Shown: positions 25,925 through 38,706 of the stretch, one piece after another | How positions within the stretch are numbered: position 1 is the stretch's first letter | Layout: every line of letters begins with the position of its first letter | Origin: Camelus dromedarius | Taxonomy: Eukaryota | NCBI RefSeq assembly: GCF_036321535.1 | Contig: NC_087437.1 | Span: 57,600,001 to 57,664,000, forward strand | DNA: 64,000 nt | Direction: 5' to 3' | Made by a program: the position numbers and the translations under genes | Notes under the pieces: model-generated | Database searches by the model: none | Told to the model about the DNA's origin: nothing | Seen by the model: only the letters and a program-made list of their open reading frames with translations

Positions 25925-27059
25925 AAGTGCTATGTTCTTATTCAACTTGATTTCGACCTATTATCCACACAAGTTATCCCAGTGGCAAAAAAGTACAAGC
26001 AATCCAAAACACATCAGAAAGCATTTAATGTGACAATCAGTGAAGATGCAAAGAAGAGGAAGCGAAATAGGGAGATAGAGAGGGAGGGAGGGAAGGAGAG
26101 AAGGAGAGAGGAGACAAAAGTTCATTACAAACTCTTCTTTACAGCAGGTAAAGCCAGTATCCTCTCAAGTAACTTCTAAGGACAGATTCTTATTGCTTGT
26201 AATAATGAACAGATATAAAAGGGTACATTTGTATTTTGAAACTCTGGGTTGATTTGCAAAATAGGCAATGAAAGAAACGTATTTTATGACCCGCTAAAAC
26301 CCCAAATAAATTTATAATGCAATATACTAAGATAGAACAGAGATACTTGGGTTTATAATCTGTGCACTCTCAATAAGACTGTCTCAAAAATTCAAACCAT
26401 TTCCCACACTTCAAAACGTTCTCAATAAAGATGCTTTGTTCAAATGTGAATAACACCCCATTCAATAAAATCTTAACCTAAAATTAAGTTGGTACTGGGT
26501 TATTTTCCCCTTGAATCCTATAGTTTCTCGCAATAACATTTGTAATTGCAACGTTCATGATAATTTTTGTAGGTCATTCAATTGTTTTTTTTTGTTAGTC
26601 ATGAAATTAGTATTTATTCCTAGCAATTATTTATCCTTTAATAAGGTCAGTTCTTCCCCCTCCCCATTTTCAACAGGAAAATATTATTATTGAATAATCA
26701 GCAAACTAGGAGATAGTCTCAGCTCTTAAATCCTCCAACACAAAAGCAGTTATAAATTATGGTATGACAGGGTATTCAGTCAGGCAAATTAATTGTTCCC
26801 TCATCCTAATTCCACAGCATTCCGTACACAGCACTTATCATGTTGCTTTTTCATATTTCATGTGTTTGCCTGAGCCTCCCTGCAAACTAGGAATTCTTCA
26901 AGAGTATGAAATATGTTCATTTGTTTGTTCTTATCCAGAGTGCATTGCACAGGAGAAGCTAAAGCAATTGTGGTCATTGAATTTAACTTTCTAAAACAGC
27001 ATTTCTTACAAAAATTAAGGGAAAAGTGACTGTCTCTACTTCTTTAGCTTTAAGTCCTG

Positions 27060-27290
27060 AAATGAGGACTAAGCTTTAGTCCAGGGGACAAAGCTCTAGG
27101 TCATGAGCCCTAATTCTAACATTTGACAGCTTTGTGACCTTGGTGATTCTAAGTAATGTAACCTCTGGGAGCCTTAGTGTCTGCTCTAAATGTTTTACTA
27201 ACTTACTATGTGGATCAATTAAGATACTAATCTTTTAAAAAAACTTGCTAAACTATAAAAGTAAAACACAAAGTATTATTGGTGCTGGTG
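27060..27290 (+). mobile_element. MIR SINE
   Basis: cagctttgtgaccttgg...taacctctgggagccttagtgtct. Confidence 0.65.
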
Positions 27291-28801
27291 GTATTGTTAT
27301 TAAACCTCTAAATCTAGAGCTTTCATAAATGGGGGTAGGGGGTGATGCCTCGGTCATCCTTATCTCATTATTTTAACTTAAACTTCTTAAAATGTTATGG
27401 GCAAAAAAAATGTATTTCATTTTACATAGTTAAGATCCAGTAAGCAAAAATGACTATGTATTTTTTAAATGAAACAGTAAAAGTAATGTAAAAATCAACA
27501 TACTTTAGTCTATGTTGATTAAGGGCTTTCAGTCTAATGCCTTATTTTATAAACAATTGGTCCAAAAATTCAACTGTCCGATTTATTTTCCCCCCTGAAT
27601 TTATTGACTTAGGGGACTGAGTAGTGGTTTGGGGCTTAGAGCCTTAAAATTCTCCTTCCAAGCATTGGCTGATAGCAAACATTGTCAATTTTCAATATAG
27701 TGAAAATGAGCAACATGATGACCCCTTTCTTTGGCAAGAGCTACTAGAAATATTTGCCTTGGCTCTGGCAGAAATCCTGCCATGGGCTTTTAATCCTGAT
27801 ATTCCTAGGTTACTTCAAAGATGTTCAAAAACTTGCATAATTAACAAGTCAATTCAATGTGATTCTTTTTTTCCCCATAAGATGAAAAATGAAGCATATC
27901 ACTATTGATAATGAAAGCAAATGCCTGTCATCACTCATCCACTGCAGCCTACTTGTCTTACACGGTAGACTTGTCTCACAGTCCATTTGAAGAATTCAGT
28001 GAGCAGCACAGGTGTCAATCCAGACCCATCGGCAAACACATCCTCCCCCAAATCTCTGCATGTTTTAAGGTTTCAAATTTGTATCTTCTGCAAATTTCCC
28101 ATCAAACACTCGGTTGCCAAAATTGACACTATGGCCTATTAGGTTTATTCATGATTCACCACCTGTCTTCCAGGCACTGCAGTGTGTCAAAGACAGGCAT
28201 GAGACCTGCCATCATGATGACGAAACTTCAATGGAAAAAATATATATACTCCACACCTGTATTCTGCCTCCAGCTTTACATATGAAGGCACTGCATTCAG
28301 CTCAGAAATGTGGTTTTGCCAGGGCCACGAAGTCAGCCAAAGAAGAGCTAGCATCTGTACTTAGGTGCTGCTGGCTGTAAGCCTATAAAATATTGGTGCT
28401 CTTAAGACATAAGAGAACTTCTAGTAACCACAGTCTAAATAGTTGTAAAAAAAATGGAACTATAATAAATAAATTTGGGAGCCTTAAAAGAATTTTTTCA
28501 GCCAAGCCAAAATGCCCCACCCAGAAAATACACAACCTTTATTTCTCAGTTAAAATTACACACAGACAACGCTAGTTAACTTGAGATGGTTTAGATATGT
28601 CAACCAAAGCTTTGCACTTCACTATTATTAATCACCAAAACAGGAAAGCACTTTTGAAAATCTATGCACATAATACTGATGAGCAATTATGTTTAAATAG
28701 TGGAAAGCCAGTGAAGAAGCCACAAAGGGAACATTCATGATTTCACTCAATTTAGGCTGACACTGTAACTCAAATGTTATTTTACCGATCCTGATTTAAA
28801 A

Positions 28802-28848
28802 ATATATATATATATATAAAATATGTGTATATATATATAATATATATA
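28802..28848. repeat. Imperfect (TA)n microsatellite
   Basis: Read directly from the sequence. Confidence 0.9.
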
Positions 28849-28959
28849 TTTGCTTCATTCCAAAAATATTAAATGGATCTACAGGAATAAATGTGGTAAA
28901 ATTTTTTAATAATGGAGGAGAAAAAATTTGAAAAATAAGATGATGATTTTGGCATTACT

Positions 28960-29540
28960 GTTCTTTACCTTAAAATCTGTTTCAGCCCACCACTATGATA
29001 GTCCCATCACATTTAACCAATTATTCTATCGCAATGCTCAGTAACTTTCACTGATCCCTGATGTCCTAAAATATAAATTTTAAATTCTCCTATGTATCAG
29101 TTAAGGCGCTCTTAAACATGGTCCTGTCTGACACCTCCACTTAACCTCTTTGCTTCATACAAGTTGGTCAGCTCATTTTTCCCCAACACAGCAGGAACTT
29201 TCTCCACTAGGTGAGTTTGTGCCTCCTTATTTGAAATGCAGTTCTCCTAATCTTAGCTTACATATTTTGTTCCTATTTTTCAAAATTCAAGTTTAAAATC
29301 CACTCTCTCTGAGCACTAAGGCTTTTGGGAATCTCTCCCAGCTCTGAAATCTGGTGATATTTCTAATCCCTTGGCAGTACTAGTGCTACCTTGCATTATT
29401 AAATTTTGTTTTATGTAAATGTTCAACCTCCTCTACTATCATGGGAACAGCTAGAAAGCAGGAATTGTATTGGAGTCATCTTTGTAATCAGTAACTAGAA
29501 CCCCGTTGGTCCTCAACACGTTGGAGTTAATAAAGATGAA
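28960..29540 (+). mobile_element. L2 fragment
   Basis: Degenerate L2 body (aaggcgctcttaaacatggtcctgtctgacacctcc, agctagaaagcaggaattgtatt). Confidence 0.55.
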
Positions 29541-29829
29541 GCATGCACCTGGGAGGCATCCAGGAAACTCCGGGCATTTTGTTGTAGCTGCCTGAAGCTA
29601 TGTCTTTAGAAGGCGTTTGAAACTTGAACACAGTAAATGTTGTGAGAATTTACTGATACCTGTCGTAGACCCAGGAGGGACCATGTATTTGTCATCTTCA
29701 TCTTGAGGACCTCCTTATTTTAAAATATAGTGGAATATTCCATAAAAGGACAGCAATGATTTGCACTGTACTTTAAAACAAATACCTTATTGTGTAACTC
29801 TGTCTCAAAGATTTCCGCTGCATACTACA

Positions 29830-31020
29830 ACCTTCTGAGGAGTTATTTTTCTTTTAAATTCTGATGTCCTGGCCACATCCATACTAACTGAATAAAAGTC
29901 TTCAGGATTGAACCTAGGCACCAATATTTTTTAAAACTCCTCAGATGATTCCAACATGCAGCACTGTTCAAAAGCAATTTCATGGGTGGACCTGGAGACT
30001 GTCATTCTAAGTGAAGTAAGCCAGAAGAGGAAAGAAAAATACCATATGATATCACTTTTATGTGGAACCTGGAAAGAAGAAAAAAACAAAAGGAAAAAGA
30101 GTAGTAATGAACTCATCTACAAAACAGAAACAGACTTGCAGACAGAGGAAACAATCCTATGGTTACTGGGGGAAGGAGGTGAGAAGGGATACATTTGGGA
30201 GCTTGAGATTTGCAAATGATAACCACTATATATAGAAATAGATAAAAATAAATTTCTTCTGTATAGCACAGGGAACTATATTCAATATCTTATAATAATC
30301 TTTAATGAAAAAGAATATAAAACAAATATATGTATATATATGCACGACTGGGACATTATGCTGTACACCAGAAACTGACACATTATAACTGACTGTACTT
30401 TAATAAAAAAAGGGAGAGGAATTTTTTTAAAAAGCAATTTCAAATTCAATAGGTCTGAAGTGGTTCTAACAAGCTCCCTGGTGACGACATTGCATATTAA
30501 ATCTTACTAGCCAGCAGACCAAAGACAGGTGGGGGCAGCATTGGCATCTCCTTCAGCTTATTGGAAAGGCAGAATCCAGGCCCCATTCAAGACCAACTGA
30601 ATCAAAATTTGCAGTTTAACAAGATCCCCAGATGATCATTGTGCATTTAAGGTCTGAGAAGTACTGTTCCAGAGAGTGGTTCTCAAGTGTAGTCCTGTGA
30701 ACTTGTTAGAGGTACAAACACTCGGCCCTTCCTCCAGACCTCCAAAATCACAAACTCTGGGGTTAGGGCCCCCACAGCAGTAGTTTAACAAGCCCTCCAG
30801 GTGATTCTGATGCAGAGTAAAGTAAAAGAAGCAATGTTCTAGAAGAAATCACTGCTCTTATATTTGACTGCACTTTGGAATCATCTATGTGATTTTAAAG
30901 GAGTACTGGTGCTGGGTTCCATCCTCAGAGATTCTGATTTTATTGATCTGCGTCTCAAGTTTTTTTGAAAGGTATCCAGGTGACTCTAATGTGCAAACAT
31001 TTTGGAGCCATTGTTCTAGA
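29830..31020. mobile_element. Cluster of MER5A/MER5B-like hAT-Charlie MITEs, interrupted by an L1 tail
   Basis: Repeated MER5 cores (aacaagctccctggtga, tttaacaagatccccagatgat, tttaacaagccctccaggtgattctgatgca, ccaggtgactctaatgtgca) with tgttcYaga-type junctions. Confidence 0.8.
29983..30429 (+). mobile_element. Young L1 3' end (camelid-like)
   Basis: tgggtggacctggagactgtcattctaagtgaagtaag...gactgggacattatgctgtacaccagaaactgacac. Perfect 13-bp TSD AAAAGCAATTTCA at 29970-29982 and 30430-30442. Confidence 0.92.
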
Positions 31021-31409
31021 GAACTTGGATATAGGTGGGAGGTGGACTGTCTTCCTTTGCATCTTAGTAGGGCTTTCCCTGCTCAGGTTATCAGAGTAAT
31101 CCAAGGACTGAGAACAGACCACATAACCACATTCATTCCAACCCCCTCAGAGGGAAATTCCAAGTGCAGTGGAGTTTAACCCTATCTAAATTAGACTTCG
31201 ATCAAATTCTCCCAAAGATGGGGAGGTTGGGTCTAGGACCTAGATGAGCACTGAAACTTCAGATGAGGTTCCAAAAAGTCTGTTACAGGCTCCTCAGAGC
31301 TCTGCTCAAGTTTTCCCTGAAGTTACTCTTGCTCAAACTTCAGACAGCAGAGATTTCTCCTCTTTAGACTTTCCAAAGCAATTCCTTCCAAGAGGGTAAA
31401 TTATATACT

Positions 31410-31580
31410 TGAAATCTTTACCTATAATTCCCATTTTGCAGATGAGAAACTATGGTTTCAAAGCCAACTGCCCAAGTTTATGCAGCTAGTAAGTGGAGAA
31501 ATGTATACTAGTATCTGTTAATATCCTTAATTGTCTGTCTCTAAAATCCTATGGACTATTCCCACCACCACACTGCTTCC
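31410..31580 (-). mobile_element. MIR SINE
   Basis: cccattttgcagatgagaaactatgg...ctgcccaagtttatgcagctagtaagtgg. Confidence 0.75.
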
Positions 31581-32204
31581 CCAAGGATCAGGACTGATCC
31601 CTGGTACAGACTAAAACAACAATAAAAACGATGCCTCTGCCAATACCTAAGTAAGAGGAAGCACGGAGAAGGTTTCTTTAGGACATTTTAAAAAATTCAA
31701 TTATAATACTATCGAGTAGGCTTAGTAATGCTGTACAGACATATTTTGACAAGGGTATGTGCTCTACATTCTGTCTCAGTGTCAGGGAAAGCAGACGTAC
31801 TCAGTGCAACCTCACTGGATGCTGGCTCTATGCCTACTCGGTATCACTCCAGCTAGGCTACTGCATAATACATGGAAATACATACACACACAGCCTACAC
31901 GCCTCAAACTTCCTAAGTCAGATATATGAAAAAAAAAACAGATTATTTATAATCTTTAAAGTTATTGTATAACAGCTTACTATTTCCAAAAAAGTTGTAA
32001 TTTATAGTTAATATACATCAAACATACTGAAGAAAACAATCCTTTCAAATTCAATGATTAGCCTGCAAATCACCATAATATTTTATAAGTCATATTCCCT
32101 TCATAATACTTTTATTAAAGTGTTGTGAGAAGAATGTAGTGGTGTGGTTTAAGGGAATGTTTCTGATGCACTAAGAAATATTAACGAGGAAAGAGAAATT
32201 GGGT

Positions 32205-32450
32205 AGTCAGCATAGAATGGTAAAAGCAGTAACTCTGGAACTAAACTCACTGAGTTCAAATCTCAGGTCTACCATTTAATAACTGCATGACCTTGGGCTA
32301 ATTAGTCAAACTGCCTATGCCTCAATTTACTCTTCTTCAAATTACACTACCTGCTTTATAGGGCTGCTATAACTCTTAAATAAATAAAATTTTCATATCT
32401 GTACTAGACACTTTAGAAAGTACTCAGTTAACATTACCTATTATTATCTA
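32205..32450 (+). mobile_element. MIR SINE, near full length
   Basis: agcatagaatggtaaaagcagtaactctggaac...gagttcaaatctcagg...gcatgaccttgggc...tgcctcaattt...cattacctattatt. Confidence 0.85.
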
Positions 32451-32959
32451 ATATTGCCCAAACTCATACATTAAGAAATAATGCTTGGCACATAGGTTAC
32501 CATTTTATTTTGAAAATCCCTCATTGAAAGTACATAGTTCTTATTTTATACTTCACAGTAGTATGCTCTGGAAAATACTGGTCCACATGAAAATAAAATT
32601 TAGCCCTTATTTAGTAGGTGGCTACAGACAAGGCTTCATCAAACCACCCACATTTAACAAATCCCAATTCCATTAATTAAAATCTTTCCATTAATTAAAA
32701 TCTGTTAGGTCTGAGAATGCAGGCAAATCTGAATAATCTCTCAAGCAATATCTTATACATAGGAAGGAACAAAGATATGGATATAACAGAACTGAATTTT
32801 TTTTTACTCTATCTTGAGCAAATCAACTCACTTCTCAGAGCCTCGGAATCAGGTAATTTCGGGAAGATTTTAACAATCTCTAATTCATCACAACTCTAGT
32901 ACCCTTTTCCACTACTTCAAGAACCCCCTGGCTCCTCTTTTTTCTTACCTTTAAAGCCC

Positions 32960-33265
32960 CTGAGTGTATATTTCCTTTTTCCTAAAACATAAGTTTAAAT
33001 TTAGCTGCTGGTCCTAGTTGAATAGTAAAAGCAATGGCTCCCTCCCTTCTGGGTAAATGTACCATTTACATACTTTCAGGAACTGATACCTCTGTCATTA
33101 TTACTATGAATATATATTCACATAACACTTTGAAGATATACTTAAAACTGTGCAAGAGTGGTGTCTTCTTTTACTATTATTGCTATAGAGTTCACTTTTC
33201 CAGACTAAGCATACTCAATTTTCTTCTTATTTTCATAATGGAAAATGACTTCCTTACCCATCCTT
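32960..33265 (-). mobile_element. CR1/L3 LINE fragment
   Basis: ctggtcctagtt, cttttccagactaagcatactcaatttt resemble reverse L3. Confidence 0.5.
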
Positions 33266-33410
33266 TGAAGTCTCTTAAAATGCTGTCATTCTCAAAAGAA
33301 AAACAAACCAAAAAAAAAAACAGGATTTAATTTGCATTAATCCTTCAAACTAGGTGTTGTCTGACAAAATCATATCCACTTTTTATGAGGTGCTTCTGAG
33401 AACTCACTTT

Positions 33411-34540
33411 TATTCATTTATTCAACAAATACTGAAAACCTAGTATGTGCCAGGCACTATTCTAGGTACTGGGGTTACAACAATGCAAAACACAAACCAT
33501 GCTCCCTGGCCCTGTACAGCTTATACGCTAATTAAGCCTTTAAATTTAAATGGTCTTCTGATTATACTATTTCTACTATGAATTAACCTACCCCTATCCA
33601 TTATTAAGCCACTACCCATTATTAACGTCTTGTTACATGCCAACACCAAGATAAGTCAGACGTAGTCAATGTCCTAAAGGAACTTATAACTTAAAGAAAA
33701 TAAATACATCAACACAAATGAAACTGCATAAATATTTTAAGAGATGTACAGTGTATGCAGAGGAAAAAGCAGGACTTCCGGTTTTAAAAATCAGAAAAAG
33801 TTCTCAAAGACAAAAGGCAATCGATCTTATTTTCAGAGGATGACATAATTAGTGGAAACAAATAACATAAACAAGAATGGATGAGGAAAACGTGTAGTAC
33901 ATACACGGGCAACACTTTAGGGGAGGACGGACATCATAAAATAAATGTATTATATCATGGTAAGTGGTCGAGAGGGGAAAAATTAATCAGGTTGCCAAGA
34001 GAGAGTGAAGTGTTGGAAGATAGGGTTTGAAACATATACAGATTAGCCAGAAAAGACCTCCATGAGAAAAGGCTTCACTTTCGAGTAAGGGAATGAAGAT
34101 GAGGGAGTGGGCTATTTAGATACTTGGAGAAAGGACATTTTAGAAGATGCTGAGAGCTGTATCAATGCCTTGAGGAGGGAACATAATTGATGTGTTAAAG
34201 GAATAGCTGGAAGACTAGTTAAAAGAAAGAGGAGAGAGAACCATCAGGAGCTAATGAGCAGGATTATGTAAAATTTAACTGGTCGTAGGACGAATCTGGC
34301 TTTTACCCTTAATGGTGTGTGATGGAACAGAATGGGTAGAGAAATCAGCGATCTGACCTGTTTTAACTGGCTGCTGTGTGGATACTAGATTGAGGGGGAA
34401 AGCCTTACGGAACAAGATTAGTTAAGAAGCTACTGCAATAGTCCAAAGATGAGAGCAGCTTGGACTAGGGAGTGGCAATAGGGTTACTAAGAAGTGGTCA
34501 CATCCTGTATATATTTTAAAGGTAGAGTAAATTTACTACT
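33411..34540 (-). mobile_element. L2 (L2a-like) fragments
   Basis: 3' end attcatttattcaacaaatac...tatgtgccaggcactattctaggtactgggg; body aagaagtggtcacatcctgtatatattttaaaggtagag. Confidence 0.85.
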
Positions 34541-34689
34541 GTTTTCAAATTCAGTGCAAAAATTATTGCACTATCGGTTTTCACAATTTTGCCCCTTTTT
34601 TGTAATATGTTTAAAAAATTAAGTTTCAGGTTTTTCAAAGGTAAAAACAAATGCTGCCAACTTACAGGCTTTCTAAGTTTCAGATCTAT

Positions 34690-34860
34690 CAACAAGAGTG
34701 AAGATGATCTTTTCCAAAATCTCATTTTACAGAACAGAAATCCAAGGAACAGAGAGATTCCATGACTTAAACAAGATCATACAGCTGACTAGGGACAGGA
34801 CCTGGACTGGAAACCATGCTGTCTGACTCACAGCCCAAGCTACTCTGCCTTACACTTGGT
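34690..34860 (-). mobile_element. MIR SINE
   Basis: ctcattttacagaacagaaatccaagg...tgacttaaacaagatcatacagctga. Confidence 0.75.
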
Positions 34861-35764
34861 GATATTGAAGTGGTTTATACTCTTTCTTGAAGGTATTTTT
34901 TGGGGGGTGTTTGTTTGTTTGTTTTGTTCTATTTTGATTTCACAAACATTGAGGTATCCCAAACTCAAAAGTCTTTAGGGACTAGCCAGGTAGGAGGAAA
35001 ATGTGGGGAAAAGTAGGTGCACCCATTGCTTGAATACACTCCTTTTTTTCCCCCCTAAAGTATGCCAGCTAAATGAAACACACCTGCACAGCCCTCCAGA
35101 ATTGGATCTTGGAAAATGTCCACTGCTGTCCTAGGCAGAAGGACAAATAAAGACGTTACACTCTAACAGGCGAAACACAAATGCAGATAAGGAATTGCAG
35201 TCTAATGTAACTTCTGCAACCATAACAGTACACACATGGTTCAAAGGCAGTAGAGTGAAGTAAGCAATGCAGGGTACTGTGTGAGGGTGGCAGCTGAGGG
35301 GACAGCTGGAGAAGCCTTCACGCTGACCAAGGAGGTAAGAGTTTTGAAGGGTTCTGAAGAGTAAGTAAGAGTGATTTACCAGGCAGATAAGATTGGTGAA
35401 GTCATTTCATGCAAAGGACTTAGCATGTGTAGAAGTTTCAAGACATAAAACTATGCGGTACAGGCTTACTCATATCATTATATATGCTTTCTTTGGTAAC
35501 TCCCCAATCCTATGTTTGATCACGTATCTGTCTAGAATTGTGCTCTGACTCTGTCCAAGAAATAAATCAAAATGGAACAGATTCCACACGTTTGAGCTAA
35601 TAGCAAGTCCGAATTTCAGTATGCTTTTCAGTATACCTGCAGACCTATGCTTTCCCTATTACGTTAGGAATCAGATTCCCATAGAACTCAGTATGACAGT
35701 CCCCAAACAGAGACTGCTTCATTAGCAAAGGTGAAGACTCCCAATCTTGGGTGCAGAGGAGAGT

Positions 35765-35955
35765 GGCCCTTCATATCTCCTGCAGTGCATCAGAATTACC
35801 CAGAGGACTTACCAAAACACAGATCGCTGAGCCCCAGCCCAGGGTTTCTGATTCAGCACATCTAGGACGAGGCTCAAGAACGTGTTTTTCAACAAGTTTT
35901 CAGATGACGCTGAAAACTGGTGGTCCGGGGTCTGCACACTTTAGAAACCACTAAC
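35765..35955. mobile_element. MER5A hAT-Charlie MITE
   Basis: gcatcagaattaccc...gtttctgattcagca...aacaagttttcagatga...cacactttagaaaccact. Confidence 0.85.
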
Positions 35956-36109
35956 TTAGAGTGCACTTCAAGACCCACCCCACCCCACCCCCAGCTAAGT
36001 ATTTTTAAATTCTTTGATGTAACAAGAGTTCCTACCACTCAGAATTCCACTTCTGTTAAAATGGTCAATGTCTATAAGCTCCTTGCAAGCAAGGACTCTT
36101 ACCCCTACT

Positions 36110-36330
36110 GATGAGAATAATAACAACAACAACTGACAACATTCAACCACGTTCAGGCATTATTTTAAGCACTTTTTATGACCACCCATTTAATCCACAC
36201 AACAACCTTATGGTCCAAGTACTATTATTATCCCTACTTAACAAATGAGGGAATTAAGATAGGAAGAAATTAAATACTTAACGCCAAGGCATTGAATCTC
36301 AAGTCAGATTGTCTGAATTCCATTCTGGCT
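36110..36330 (-). mobile_element. MIR SINE
   Basis: catttaatccacacaacaaccttatg...tattattatccct...acaaatgaggga. Confidence 0.75.
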
Positions 36331-37799
36331 CAGTCTCTTATGTCTATGAGTCTCCAGCTATTTATATACACCTTGAGAAGATCACATCGGGATTTGCAAA
36401 CTGAAGATTTCCTGCCAGTAACATACCTTTCTGAACAAATGGTATTTATGGAAATGGAATCTGTCGATCAGTTTTTCTGAGCATACATTTACTTCTATAT
36501 GAAAATTCAAGGAAAGGCTATAAACAGCTTACAGATTCTCTGCTACTCTCATTCTGTAAAATCAGAGGTTGTTTAAATCTGAGAAAGTTTACCTGATTTG
36601 CCCAAGACTAAAGCAAATGTCATCTCACACAACCTCAGTCCTCCCCTCTTCTAGGAATACACTTGGTGGAGTAGCTCCTCTAAGATTCTTAACCACTATG
36701 TATCCTGCTTATAAATATGCCCATAAATAGTCATGGAGCACCTCGGAGGAAGGATAATTTCTAAACGGTTCATGTTTTACTTTACTGATCAGATGGACAT
36801 ACGAAGGCAGAAGTCTTAGGATCAAAAAGAAATATAACTTATAAGAAGATACAAAGCCAAGGTCAAAAAAGTTTGAGGAGCTGTTTCCTTATGACTTTAT
36901 GTGAGTTGGTGAGCTATTAAAAGAAAGAACTGGACTTGCAAACATTTGAAGGAATAGTCTTTAAAATTAGAACACAGTTGACAGAAACAAATTTCAAACA
37001 AATGCCCATTACTTTTCTTCTAGCTATGAAAATCAAAAGGCAACATTTTTCCTTTATTTACAAAAAAAAAAAAAAATCAAGTGAAGTAACTACATTCATA
37101 AGCTAAGGCTGAATATTAATTTTGCTCTTGAAAAGGCATGCCACTATAAGAGTAACAACATTACATGTGCCAAAGTGTTGTTCAGGAATATGTAAATAAC
37201 CTTGCTTAGAGAAAACCAGCAGGCTAACACATGCATTTCTTTTTCTTTTCATCCAGCTTGTAGGTGTGATTTCACACATACAAACCGACGATATATTCTT
37301 GAAGTATAGGTGACAGTAGAAGAAAATAATATCCCTATAATTGGATACGGCATAGCCTTTGCTCTCCCATCACTACTGTAATGTGTATGTCTGAGTAGGT
37401 GAAAGAGATTAGCTCCATGTCCAGAAAGGCCCCTTGTTAGGAAGACAGGACACCTTCATAATCCTTTGCAGGATCCCTCACATCCTTAATGAATTTCCCC
37501 AACTATTTGGATCATGTTTTCGTTCATCATTCAGCAATACATACAGAGCTTCTGTTGGCTTTGGCTATGTCTATCTATTTGTGACTGGTGGTATCAAAAC
37601 ATCATATGTTTGGTTTTGTATAGAAAACATAGCTGGATGACTAGATTTTTTAATTTCCAATTGGATTTCTGAAACTCTTTTGAAATATGTTTTTTTATGC
37701 TTAACTCATGGTGAATTTAATACATTCATAAAAATCTGAAGAAACTGTATTTGTATCTGTAATTGGTAGTTAGGAACACAAAATATTAGAGGCCTAGAA

Positions 37800-38700
37800 T
37801 CAAAAGTCAATCAATAAATTCTAGATTAATTAAATACAAATTATAAAAATGAAGCTATTCTTTACTAAAATATGGGAGAGTTCTTTTATAATATTGGAAT
37901 GAGTAAAACTTTTCAAAATAGGAAAGAAAAGCTGAGGGCATGAAAGCATATTTAAAATAAAATAAAATAAAGCATGGCAAAAAAATTCAGAGACAAACAG
38001 CAAAATGAGTAAAGATATTTGCAACTCACATAACAATGAGCTGAGTTTTAAAATAGGAACAGACTTCCTGCAAATGATAAAACAGACATGTTATAAAACA
38101 GATATAAACAGACATTTTATAGAAAAAGAAATGCAGATGGCTCTTAAAATACTTGAACAAGTGCTCAACCTAACTTATAATAAGAAGAACTAAAGTTTAT
38201 GTTTTTAGGTAACAAAGAACCAAAAGTTTAATAACACATTGTGTTGACTAGAAGATAAAGAAACAGCCACTCTCAGAGGAAATTTGTACAATGGAGAGCA
38301 AATAGGTATGTTTCCAAAGGATAAAAGCACAAAACCTTGACCCAGCAATTCCTCTTCTAAGTAGCCATCCTATAAATACACTTGCACACATGGAGCATGA
38401 CTTCTGTACAGGATATTGTTTATAGTATAGTTTGCATTAGCAAAATACTAGAAAGACCTGAAATGTCCTTCAGTGGGAAATTAAGTTAAATCAATTATCC
38501 CATTTAAATATGTACTAATATGGAAAAGTCTTGTAGATACACTTTAAGTTAAAAAAAGTAGTAAACAAGATAGATAGATAGATAGATAGATAGGCAGATA
38601 GAGATAGATAGACTGATAAATATGATATAGATATAGTATAGAAATAGACATATAATATTGTATGTGTTGTTAATGCACCCACTGCATCTGGAAGAATATC
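37800..38700 (+). mobile_element. Old L1 (L1ME-like) 3' region, resuming after the LTR to about 39345
   Basis: aacagacattttatagaaaaagaaatgcagatggctcttaaa, ttgacccagcaattcctcttcta. Confidence 0.75.
38569..38615. repeat. Imperfect (TAGA)n microsatellite
   Basis: Read directly from the sequence. Confidence 0.9.
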
Positions 38701-38706
38701 AAAAAA

